Assembly: GCA_964019335.1 (NCBI GenBank)
Contig: OZ025735.1
Location: 310,001-374,000, forward strand
Origin: Diplonema japonicum
Lineage: Eukaryota > Protista > Euglenozoa: Diplonemea
DNA length: 64,000 bases
Reading direction: 5' to 3'
Part shown: piece by piece, positions 34,938 to 46,800 of the stretch
Layout: every line of letters starts with the position of its first letter
Position numbering within the stretch: position 1 is the first letter of the stretch
Made by a program: the position numbers and the translations under genes
Notes under the pieces: generated by a model
Told to the model about the DNA's origin: nothing
What the model saw: only the letters and a program-made list of their open reading frames with translations
Databases searched by the model: none

Positions 34938-36131
34938 ACCAGCCAGTGGGGTCATATAGTGTTTCTTGCCTTCTCGTCTTGCTGGGGGTGGGTGGGGGGT
35001 GTTTTTTGACCTTCTTGCATACACACCACATGTAAGCAAGAAAAAAAAGGGGGCCTGTAATATTTCCCCCCCCCCCCCCTACCTTTTTCCCCTTTCACCG
35101 AGCGTGTGCTTCCTCCCTTCATGGTTTTTTTTTTCTTCCCCGTTCCCCCTCCTCCCCTTTTTAGTGAAGGGGGAGATGAACGTGGACGGATATGTAGGGG
35201 AGGGGATTCTTAGTAACCACTCAATCCCAAAGGAAATTGTACCGAGGGAAAAAAATAAAGTGACTCCCCCCCCCCCCCCCCCCATATCTTTTTTCACTAC
35301 AGTATATAAGAGAATTCTTTTCTCCCTCTCCCCACATTCTCTTTTAAAAGTTAACTAATTGAGTGGAAAAACTTACGTTGCAATCGTTTTTCGTAAGTAA
35401 AAGAAGAAGAAAAACCCCCCCCCCCCGGGTGTAGATTTTCTTTTCGCGACATTTTTCTATGACGCGGAAGAACAATATCTTTTGACTGAACCATTTTATT
35501 CCCCCCCCCCCTTCTCCCTGCAATAACGAGTATTTCTGTTCATCACGGGGGGGGGGGGGGGGGGACGAAAAAAGAAAGAAAAAAAAGAAAATAGCACTTT
35601 GTCTGCATTTCTTTGCCCCCCCCCCCCCCCAAGAAAGAAGAAGAAGAAAAAAGCGATACTAACTTTTTTTTTTTTTTTTTTTTTTTTGGCAGCGCATGAT
35701 GCAGTAGTTTTATTAGGTGAAATATTACTCGTGCGCGACAGCGATGGGTGTTCTCCCGCCCGAGCATCGGAGATTTAAGAAACGAAGGGAAAAATAATCT
35801 TTTTTTTTCCCCCCATTCTCTTTGCCACTATAAAAAGAAAAAAAGAAAAAAAAAAAAGAATATTCCGGTTTCCCCCTCCCCCCCTCTTCCCCCGTTCTGT
35901 TTCGTTTATAGCTGCGTGCAGTTTTATTTTCTTCTTTTTCTTCAGATCCTCTCCCTTCTGGTTGGGTGGTCGTGCATTGTACTTTTTTGTTTTCTTTTTT
36001 TTTTTTCCCCCCTCTTTTTCCGTGAACGTTTTTTTTTTCTTCTTTCTTTTTCTTTTTTTTATATTTAATCCCCCCCCCCCCGGCATTTCCCTCCTTTTCC
36101 TTTTTTTTTTCCCCCTTTTTAGGCCCTTGCA

Positions 36132-36908
36132 ATGCCTCCGAAAAAGCGGGGCCGCGTGGATACGGCCGAGGAGGAGAATTTCGTGCTGCCAATTGTAGTG
36201 GGAAGCGTGGCGAGGGAACTGAAACCGGGTCAGAAGAAAACCGATCCGAGAAATCTTTTTGAATGGGTAGTTTATCTACGAGGCATCGGGCACGCGCCTC
36301 TCGGTCACGTTGTAAGCAAAGTAAAGATATTTCTCCATCCAGAGATGAAAGAACCCGTGAGGACGATAACAGAGGAACCGTTTGAGACCTACGATCAGGG
36401 TTGGGGCACCTTCGAGCTGACGTTTAAGGTGTTTTTTCGAGAAAAGATCTTCGGCGAGGAGCTCAGCGTCAACATCATCAACCACAACCTCGTCCTTGTC
36501 CCTGTTCCTGTTGCCAAACACAATGTCCCGGGAAACGGTGGGAACTCATTAAAATACACCGGCCGCATTGCAACGTCAGGGTCCCGTCCTGTTGCTGTGG
36601 AGAGGGTCGATGAGATAGTTGTTTCGTCGCCCCCCCGATCCCTTCCCTCCCCCCCGCCCCGCCTCGTCATTCCTTTGGGACCCCCCCATTGGAAAATCTG
36701 GCCTGACATCGAGAAACACCGTCCGGAGTGGATGATCCGTGAGTCGCATCAGTTGGAGCGCCTGCAAGAAATCTCAGAGGGCTTGAACGGGGAAATCGAC
36801 CGATTAAAGGAAAAACACCATGAACTGATGTGGCAGAAGGCTGCTGCGCTGCAGCGGTTGTCATACATCAAGAGCAACCTCAAAAACAGGAAGAAGAAAA
36901 AAAGCTGA
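36132..36908 (+). CDS. YEATS-domain protein (Yaf9/GAS41-like) with C-terminal coiled coil
   Basis: PIVVGS.A, WVVYLRG, VSKV.IFLHP...PVR...EPFE....GWG.F, HNL.L. Confidence 0.88.
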   Translation: MPPKKRGRVDTAEEENFVLPIVVGSVARELKPGQKKTDPRNLFEWVVYLRGIGHAPLGHVVSKVKIFLHPEMKEPVRTITEEPFETYDQGWGTFELTFKVFFREKIFGEELSVNIINHNLVLVPVPVAKHNVPGNGGNSLKYTGRIATSGSRPVAVERVDEIVVSSPPRSLPSPPPRLVIPLGPPHWKIWPDIEKHRPEWMIRESHQLERLQEISEGLNGEIDRLKEKHHELMWQKAAALQRLSYIKSNLKNRKKKKS

Positions 36909-36946
36909 AGACAAAAAAAAAAAGTTTTTTCCTTCTCCCCTCTCCT

Positions 36947-36992
<46 letters not shown>

Positions 36993-37022
36993 TTCAACCA
37001 CACAAGACACACGGGAGGGGGG

Positions 37023-37524
37023 ATGCGGTTCACATGCAGCATAGACGAAGCTGTCGAAGGGGTTATTTCCCGTGATAAAAACTTCTCTTTATACGAAATG
37101 TGTGGTAGAGGCGAACTCGGGGAGGGGTGGGGGTGGGACGACGTGGAGAGGGAAATATGTAAAAAAGATAAACTGCCCGGGACAGAGGCAGAATACCTGG
37201 AGGCGATCGAAACCGGCCACGTACAAGTAACAGCCGCGTTACACCCTTACCACCAATCTGAAAGGCCAACTCCACGGCTTCAAGAAATCCTCAGCTGGGC
37301 AACCTGCGTATCAGTAACACCAGACCACACAACACTGGTAAACAGCTGCGGCAAGGCAGGTATTCCATTAACCACCCATGAGAAGTACCTTTCATCGGAG
37401 TGCACTGTTCTGTCGTTGGACACAATGCTCCCTGATAAGCTAACAGAACTGGACACGCTGACCGCCGTTTTGAATGGCGAAGAGGAGCTTTTATTCGCTG
37501 TCTCGGGATTGGTGCGAGCGTCTT

Positions 37525-37526
<2 letters not shown>
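37023..37526 (+). CDS. Hypothetical protein, 167 aa
   Basis: Coding-like ORF bounded by homopolymer spacers and preceded by a long T tract; no recognised motif. Confidence 0.6.
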
Positions 37527-37575
<49 letters not shown>

Positions 37576-37592
37576 CCTTCTTCCCCCTCTCC

Positions 37593-37628
<36 letters not shown>

Positions 37629-37653
37629 GGGGTGAAAGGAAAAAAAAAAAAAA

Positions 37654-39021
37654 ATGTTGAACGCATTTAAAACGCTTGATGCGTACCCAAAGACCCTGGA
37701 TGACTTCAAGGACAAGTGGGTGCCTGGTGCGTGCATTTCGATGACAAGCATGCTTGTCATCACGGTTATCATAATCGGGGAAATCAGTATGTACAGCACA
37801 GTGACGCAGAAGCACAATCTTTACGTCGATGACGAGGTCACGGGGACCATAGATGTGCACTTGGACATTACCTTCCCAAAGGTGCCTTGCGTAGTGCTCA
37901 ACATCGATGCAGTGGACTCCTTCGGCGACACGATGCTCGATGTGAAACGGAAATCATTAAAAAAAATACGTTTAAACCAGGACGGGTCGGTGCACAAGGA
38001 GGAAGACGACAAACATGTCGCTGATGACGAGCACCTTAAAAAGTTGAAAGCCGACGGTTACTGTGGATCGTGCTACGGAGCTGAATCCAAACCTGGCGAC
38101 TGTTGCAACACCTGCGACTCCGTCAAGCTAGCGTACGAGAAAAAAGGATGGTCATTCTCTCTCTTTGACAGTATTGAACAATGCGCCGGCGAACGACTTG
38201 CAAAGCAGCTCGCGGTAACCAGCCACGAGGGTTGCAACCTTAAAGGCAACCTTCGAGTCAACAAGGTTCAAGGCGCGTTGCATTTATCTCCCGGAAGATC
38301 TTTCTTGAACCACGGATTACGTTTGGGCGAAATTTTCGAAGAGCAATCTTTCGACATCTCACACATTATCAACAAACTGGGTTTCGGTGAAGAGTTCCCT
38401 GGGTTGGTATGGTTTTTTTTTTTTTTGTTACAAATATTTATCTTTCAAAAAAATGATTTTTATAACTATATGCAACTTTGTGCCGAGCAAAAAAAACTTT
38501 CGCAGCTTTTTAAAAAAAACTTTTTTTTTTGCGAACAACAAAGACATATAGTCATAAAGAAATTATTTATTTATTTTTTTTTTTTTCAAATCCCTATTAG
38601 ATCAACCCCCTCGACAAACGTGATCACCAAAACCCCACGCAGGGTAACGGTCTGTACCAGTTCCACATCAAGGTCGTCCCAACTAGGTTTGAGAACCTCA
38701 AAGGGCTCATTCTCAATACCAATCAGTACAGCGTTACTGAACATTTCACCACCAAGACTTCAGGCGTTGGTCCCGGTGTTTACTTTCAGTATGATTTGTC
38801 GCCTGTCCGAGTGCACATTGTTGAGTCTCTTCAGCATCGATCCCTCCTCCACTTCTTCACCTCACTTTGCGCTGCAGTTGGGGGTGTCTTCACTGTGGCT
38901 GGGCTTCTTGATTCTCTGGTATTTCTTTTGAAAAAAAGAAAATTTAAAAAAGAAAAAATTTTTTTTTTTATCACAGCTTTATCACAGTCACCGTAAGTTG
39001 TTAAGAGGAAAGAATGAATAG
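37654..39021 (+). CDS. ERGIC3: ER-Golgi intermediate compartment protein 3 (Erv46)
   Basis: LDAYPK, CGSCYGA...CCNTC, EGC...G.L.VNKV.G, SH.IN.L.FG. Exons 37654-38406, 38601-38918, 38977-39021; splicing restores INPLD, KVVPT, YDLSP, LCA.VGGVFTVAG. Confidence 0.93.
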
Positions 39022-39179
39022 TTGGGGGAGGGGGGGAGGGGGAGGGGGATCTTTTTTTTTTTGTGTTATTAATGGGGGGGTGTCGGAGTGGGTTGCTTTT
39101 ACAACTTTTCTCCCCAGATTTTCTTCCTTGTTCGTGGTGAATTTTCTTTTTTGGAACACGTGTGTGGAACGCAAAAAAA

Positions 39180-39188
<9 letters not shown>

Positions 39189-39215
<27 letters not shown>
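39189..39215. repeat. (GA)n microsatellite
   Basis: About 13 GA units in an intergenic spacer. Confidence 0.9.
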
Positions 39216-39220
<5 letters not shown>

Positions 39221-39400
39221 AGAAAGAGAAAGACTTCGGATGTCTAAAGCTTGCTCATTGTCGGAGGTTGTGTATCCTCCTACCTCCCCCTCACTATTCT
39301 TTTCTTTCGATTCTGTTTTCCATCGGTCCGGTCCTCAGTGTGTTCCTTTTTTTTCCCCCCCCTTCCCGCTACAATTTCTGGGAAAGGAAAATAATATAAA

Positions 39401-40044
39401 ATGAGCAAATGGGGCAATTCTGAAAGAGAGCACTGGACAGACATGGTGGTCACTTCGGTATGGACTCCCCCCCCCACTTTTTTTTCATTCCAAAAATTGT
39501 CAAATCACAGATAGCTGCCATGTACACCAAGAACGCTGCAGGGGTGTTTACTACCTCCGCAGGTATCTTGTTGAAGCTCACAGATAACATACTGGACAAC
39601 CCCACGGAAGAGAAGTACAGAGAGGTATTTTTTTTTTTTTTTTCCCCTCCTTTTCGACACCGCGCACAGATACGGCTAAGGAACAACACGATCAAGGAGA
39701 AACTACTAAAATGTGAACCAGTCCTCCAAGCCCTCGAGGGAATGGGGTGGAACAGGCGAGTTGTTGAAATGGAAGAAAAAATGTTTTGGGACAGGCCTGC
39801 TAAAGACCTCGAGCGTCTCCGTTTGGGCAAAACAGAAGTGGTCAAATACCTGACATTAATTAAGGAACGGTCCGAGGCAGACCCGAAGGAGAAAGAACGA
39901 AAGGAGAGGGAAGAGGTCATGAAAAAGGTAGAACACGATAAGGTTGCACGTGCTGAATCGCGAAAGGGACAGAACACCCCCAGTGGCAGGGTATCTACGT
40001 CGTCGGCCGCCGCAATCACATCTAAGCCCCATTCTACTATGTAA
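39401..40044 (+). CDS. PUB (p97-binding) domain protein
   Basis: LLKLTDNILDNPTEEKYREIRLRN..IKEKL...L..MGW after removing introns 39458-39510 and 39625-39669. The 3' end could include a further exon. Confidence 0.8.
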
Positions 40045-40392
40045 GAGAATGGTGTAGGGTTTTTTTTTTTTTTTTTCTGTGCAAACACCCTTGCCCCTGA
40101 TATTTAATCTTACCTTTTATTAGAGGGGTGTTCCTCAAAAAAAAAAAAAAAAAAAGTGGAGGTTTTTTTTTTTGTTGAATTTTTTATTACTGAGTTTTCT
40201 TCTTTTTTTTCGAAGGGAAAATAAAAAGGGGGGGGGGAGTGGTTTTTTATTTTCTTGACACTTTGAAATTTCTTCGCCACGAGGGGGAGCAAAAAAAAAA
40301 AAGAAAAAAAAAAGGAGCAGCCTTTAATGCTGACTTCTTTCTCCCAGCTTTTTTTTTTTTTTTTTCGTGTACTCCTTGTACTTTATTGGGGG

Positions 40393-40430
<38 letters not shown>

Positions 40431-40871
40431 ACATATTACTTCGCCGTGAAGTAAAGTTAAATTTCAAAAAAGAAGAAGAAGAAAAAAAAAAAACAGTGAA
40501 ACTTTGTTCGTGATATTAATCTTTTTTTATTTGCTGAGGAACAAAGTAAAACAACCTATTACAACCAGCGAGTGATTCGCTTTTGGATACGTTCGGGGAG
40601 CCGAATTGAATCTTCCTTCGCACGGGCCAGCACCGCCGTCACGCAATTTCGAGTTAGCAGTGGATTCATTGAACAAAAAATCGCTGAACAAAAAACCGCT
40701 GTCCTCCGGGGGGGGGGGGGGGGACGAGCGCGGAATTTTACCTAAAAGAAATAGCTCATTACGCTGCCATCAACTAGTTTTACAAAAAAAAAACACAGGA
40801 AGGGGGTCCCGTCTCCCCTCCCCCTTACAAAAAAAAAAGAGTTGAACAAACTCGGAAAAAAAAAGAAAAAA

Positions 40872-43800
40872 ATGATGGACACACTGACGACGAAAGACAC
40901 AGACGCGATGCAGATGCTATCCCAGAAGGACATAACCTTTGTTGTGTCACCTCCGGAGATCGTCTTCAAGAACTACGAGCCGTTCAAACTGTATGAGACG
41001 CCCTTGGTGTTTAAGAACCAGACGAGGACGACGAAATCAGTGAAGGTTATGTCGATAGAGAGCAGGTTCTTCAAACTGTCCGAGCCACGGACCACCGGGA
41101 AAACACTGAAGGTTGCCGCAGGACTGTCTGTCGCGTACACAGTGTCGTTCCGGCCTGAAGAAGACACCGACTACGAGTGCGACCTGATCGTCATCACCGA
41201 AAGCGAACGATTTGTCGTTCAAGTCCGCGCTTTCGCATCCCGAGGCAAACTGGACCTCCCCGCAGCCTACACGTTCAAAGACGCTGCAGTTAAATACAAC
41301 ACCGAAAAGGTACTCTACATACGGAACATCGGTATAAAACCAACCCGATGGTCCATGTCCGTCCCTTCCCCATGGAGCATCTCACCAGCAACAGGACACC
41401 TCGAACCCGGTTCAGGGCTTCAAACCTCGCTCTGTTACAAACCACCGCAATGCCGAAAATACACCGGGCACATGGTTGTCTCCTACTCCAACGGCGACAC
41501 GAGCACTGTTGAATTATCAGGCGACGCTCGTGATGTGAACATCAAGCTCAGCACGTCTGCTCTGATGCTTGAACCAACCTTCATCTCTTTAGAACGACAG
41601 GGCATCGTCACCCTGCACAACAACAGCGACATCACAGTGTCGTTTCAATGGAAAGCACACGCAACGCTCGAAGAGGAGGAAGACGAAAAAACCCGGCTTT
41701 CCGAACTTCTGCAACGGCGGGAAGCGAACGAAAAGGAGCTCATCGTGCAAAGCATGACCAGGTCAAACAGTATGCCTGCGTCCATGACAAACAGCTCGCG
41801 GGAGATGCGGTCCCTGACACGGCGGTCGAAAGCCCGGTGGAGGGAGCTGGACAAGGGAAGCCTCCTTTTCGAACACGACTACTTCACCATCGAGCCCTTA
41901 GCTGGCGAGCTCCCTGCGAGGTCCCGACGCGACATAGTGATCACGTACAACCCTCAGCTGGCCGCCTTATGTGAGGTTGGTGCCTTTCTTGACGTAGTCG
42001 GACGCAACGACAGGCTCCCCCTTTCTCTCAAGGGACAGGGTATCGGTCCAAAATGTCAATTCTCATACGACGCTTTGGACCTAGGGGATGTGTTCATCAA
42101 CTCCATCCACCACTACGAGGTCATGCTGCAGAATAAGGGATCCATCGATGCGAAGTTCTCCTTGAACCAGTCCGCAACATTGTTTTCGTCAAAGTTCAAG
42201 TTCAAGCCCGCGCACGGGACAGTGCCCCCCGGAGAGGCCCAGACCATCCAGATTGTGTTCTGCTCAGACATTATCGGTATTCTGAACGAGACCTTCCACT
42301 TCCACATCCAAGGATCGAGAACCGACCTTGCGATACACTTCAAAGGTAGGGTGATCGGCCCGACCTTCCACTTCGACACTGATGAAATCGATTTCGGAAA
42401 TGTCAGCTTCAACTTCATGCACCGCCGTTCGTTTCATTTGGTGAACACGTCCGAGATTCCAATGAGATTCCGGTTAAGAGTCCCAGAAGACCAAGGCAGG
42501 GAGAAGGAATTCGAGTGTATTCCCAACGCTGGGTTGGTCCTGCCTCACGGGAAGCAAAAAGTCACATTAGACTTTCTCTCAAACACTGTTCAAGAGTACA
42601 ATGCCCACCTTGTAGTGGACATCGATGAGGTCGGTGAAAACTTGCACAGCGTCCCTCTGAAAGCAAGCTGCATCGTTCCAAGCGTTACAGTCGTGCAAGA
42701 AACGCTTGACTTCGGTAAAGGCGGGATGTGCTTTGTAGGCCACCCGTATGACATGGAGCTTGAGATCAAGAACGACACACCGCTGTCTTCTAAGTACGAC
42801 ATCGGGCTTCCACCTGAAGACGACCCTATTCGCAGAAAGGTTGACATCACAGTCGATGTGAAAAAAGGCATTGTCCCTGCTATGTCTGTTCATTCTGTGA
42901 AGCTCACACTGACCGCGAAGCTGGTGGGCTCCGTTCACCTTCCGATTTATATCAGAGTGCTTGGAAGCGATAAGAGAATACCGGTGTCGTTATCTGCGAA
43001 GATTACTGGGCCTGTTGTGACGATCGACCAGACTACTGTTGAGTTCGGTCGGGTGAATGTATTGACGGAGCATCAGAGAAGGGTGGAGCTTGTCAATGAA
43101 AGCCCTATCCCGGCTGTGTTCTCGTGCAGGTTGCTCAATAAGAGTGCGGCGTTCGCTTTGAAGAATTCAGAGACAACTATCCCACCGCGTAGTACGTATT
43201 CCCTCCCTGTCTATGCTTTCCTTGACGATACGAGCCGCTTTGTTGATGAGCTTGTCATCACCGTTGCAAACTCTAAAGACATACAGGTCGCGCTTGTCGC
43301 TACTGGTACAGGTACCACCCTTGTCCCCTCCATCCCGCTTGAACAGGATGTTGATTTTGGGAACGTCTTCACGACAACCAACAAACGGAAAGCGTTCACC
43401 ATGCACAACAAAGGCAAGCGGCCCCTTCAAATCACGTGGAACAACGACCGTGCCAAGCCCAAGGAAGGCGAGCCGCCGTTCACATTTACTATCTCCCCTG
43501 AACGCGCGACCATCTTGGGAAAGGGCGAGCAAGAGTTCGTCTTCGAGGGCTTCAACGACAAACCGGGCAGGGCAACGGAACGCTTCATGTGCAAACTAGC
43601 CAAAACCCACAAGCTTGTATTCCGCCCCACAGTCGTGGGCATGTTTGTGGTGCCTCTTCTGGAGCCCAGCGAGAAGGCGTTGAACTACTCGTATATCTGG
43701 GATGTCGCTAATCAAGAAATCTCTGCGATGTACCAAACGAAGCCACTGACATTGAGGAACGTGTCACCGATGACGCTCGCTTTCTCGCTGCGAACAGGGG

Positions 43801-46800
43801 CGCCGTTTACCATTGACAAGACAGAGTATACCTTGAAGCAAGGTGAGTCGTGCACCGTACACGTAGACCTCTTCGCGGGGTATAGGAACGACAAGGTATC
43901 GCATAAATTGAAGACGAAGCTGACGATTGCGTACAAAGACCACCCGCAGCGCGAGACCATCGATCTTGTGGGCGACATCGTGTTCCCCAACCTGACGCTC
44001 GAATGCAATGGAGCATCACTGAACAACACTGCAGGTGAACCGAGCAAAAGCCTGGAGTTCGGATGCATTCTCCACGAGACCGAGAAGCGAATGGACGTTG
44101 TGGTCACGAACTGCAGCAAGGTCAACGCTCGCTACGAGTGGGTCTTCGAACAGGTGGGCGTCGAGAGGTCGTCGGCACGGGGCGACAGAGAGGGCGTTGT
44201 TGTTTCACAGCCAGGACCATCCATGATAGGCTGCAGCGCCTTTGACATCCTCCCCATCAGAGGCTTCCTCAAACCCGGAGAATCCGAGAAGGTGGAGTTC
44301 ATCTACCACTCACAGACGGCAAAGAAAGCCAAGGCCACCGCTGTCCTCGTTGTAGAAGGCGGCCCAGAGTATCCTGTATCCCTCAACGGCGAGTCAAGCA
44401 CCATGCACTTCCGCTTCGACAAGTCCATGCTTGACTTCGGGAACATCTCCTACGAGCGGTACGAGGAGCGCGAGCTTTATCTTTACAACATTGGGAAGGT
44501 CATGTTCTCGTACACCATCGACCTGACACAGATGCGGCAGGCAGGGTGTCTCGAAGTAACCCCCTCCTCAGGACCTGTCAAAGGCGGTGAGAAGGTGAGA
44601 CTTGTAGTGCGGCTGTACCCCAGGATGCCAGATAAGATCGACGACTTCTTCCAAATACACGTGGCGCACTTCGAGCCGCACAGCATCTACGTCAAAGCAA
44701 TGGGCTTGTACCCCTCTGTGGCCGTGACAGGAAACTCAGTCACCAAGATACAGCCGCCTGCGAAGGAGGAGCTGATTGCAGAGGCAAAGAAGAGCCTTGC
44801 TGCAGACGGAAGGAGGTACTTCCTTAGGGGCGGATCTGGGCTGGGGATGACCATGAGCAAGAAGGGGATGGAAGACATGCACAAGCAACAGGCAGAACTT
44901 GATGAAGAGGTGGAACGAATCTACTTTTCGCGCTTCCTCCAGAAGCAGCTAGCCGCAAAGAAGGAGCCTGCTGTCAAGTGGGTGAACCCTGGTGACCCAT
45001 CTATGGAAGCTTCCAAAGAGAAGGAAGCCGGGCCTTACACCTCAAAGCTGTACGACGGAAAGCCGGTGATTGCATGCTACGCACTTGACTTTGGCACCGT
45101 AGTTAAGGGCGACTTGAAAAGAAAAACCATAAAGCTCACAAACACAAGCAGCGGACCGGTCAGTATCTTCATCGACAAGAAGATTTTCCAGCAGAGCGGC
45201 ATCACCGTGGCGCCTGACAAAATCACCAAATTGTCGGGTCACCCGTCGTACGGGGAACAGGTGCTTGAAGTGCACCTTGTCACGAAGGGCGACAAGGCGA
45301 AGGATGTGACCTTCGGGAACTATAACCTAACAGTTCCCATCGAAGTGCGAGGCGGTGGCTACATCACATTGGAGGTTACCGCCTTTATCATGGTGCCGCA
45401 GCTCACAGTGTCGCATGTACCTCAAGACACTGCTCTGGACTTCCGCACGCAGGCAACCCTCCCCGATGGTTCTATTCGCGAGCGAGGGACAACAGTAGGT
45501 GAGACCCGTGTCATCAGCTTACAGCTAAAGAATCCACTGCCTCTGCCCTGTGAGTGGAGCATCAGATCTGAGGTCAAAAAGTCGCAGCCAAAGAATCAGT
45601 TCCTTTGCAAGCCGGAGCGTGGTGTACTTGCACCCAAACAGAGGTGCAACCTGGAGGTGATGTTCGTGCCCTTCGAGGAAGGCCTCACCAATGGCGTCCT
45701 TAATATTAAGATAGCGCAGAACCCTCGCTCCATACAGATCCCGTGCATCGGCATCGGCGAGGAGATAAAGGTACAGGTTGACCCTCCTGTGCTTCACATG
45801 CCCTCCGTGATGCCTTTTGTGGCCACCGAGTCGGTGTTCGTTCTTCGCAACCAGTCGAAGCGTCCTGTTGAGGTGTACGCATTGGCCTTTGACGATGTGT
45901 ATCTCATTGAAGAAGAGATTCTGCGTGCTGTGAAGATATACGACAGCGACGGCGTGGGTCTGATGCAGCCAAGGGAGGTGGGCGGCGCGCTTGACGATAG
46001 TCTCCTAGAAAAGTACTTCCTTACTCTTGAGAGCAAGGACCAAGAGCTGAGCAAGGCCATCGAGGCGATCGACGCGAATGACGTGCAATCGGTAACTGAA
46101 GCAGCACCTGCACCCGCACAGCCTCTGGCGTCGTCAGCCACAGCTGGTGCGACTCCCGATGCTCTGCTGGGACCTGTTATTGTTGTGTTTGGTGCACCTT
46201 TGAGTGGAAAGACAACAACAACCAGCAAGCTTGCTGAGGAGTACCATTGCGACATTGTTTCTTTAGATGAGACATTCAATGCTGTAACGAAGGACGACAC
46301 TCCGAACAGTGCGTACATTAAGAACATCCTCGACCCCTGGCCAAATGAAGACCCTGTTCCGGTGAAAGAGAGCATCCTGTCTGAGGTACTGGCGTCGCGT
46401 TTCAGCAACTGTTCGAACGGTGCTGTGATCGACGGGCTAGGTTGCAAGCTCACCAACGAGACCGAGCTCACAGCTAGAGCTGTCATCGCTGCGGCTGAGA
46501 AGCGCGCCATATACTTCGTCTTCCTTGACATCGACGAACAGTGCATCGACCTCAGGCTGGCCTGCATCGCGGAGACAGAAGCACTCACCAAGCAGTCGGA
46601 GTCCAGAATGCCTGAGATCTCTGAAGACGATTATGACGCAATGGACTCGGGGTCGCGCCGTGAGTACGAACGCAACCTGAAGAAGAGCCGAAAATACAAA
46701 AAAGAAGCCCAGTTGGCAACCAAACGCCGCATTGAGCTGAGCAAGGAACGCGACGCCGTGGAAAGCAAGCCGTCTATCATAGAAGTTTTGAACAAGGAAG

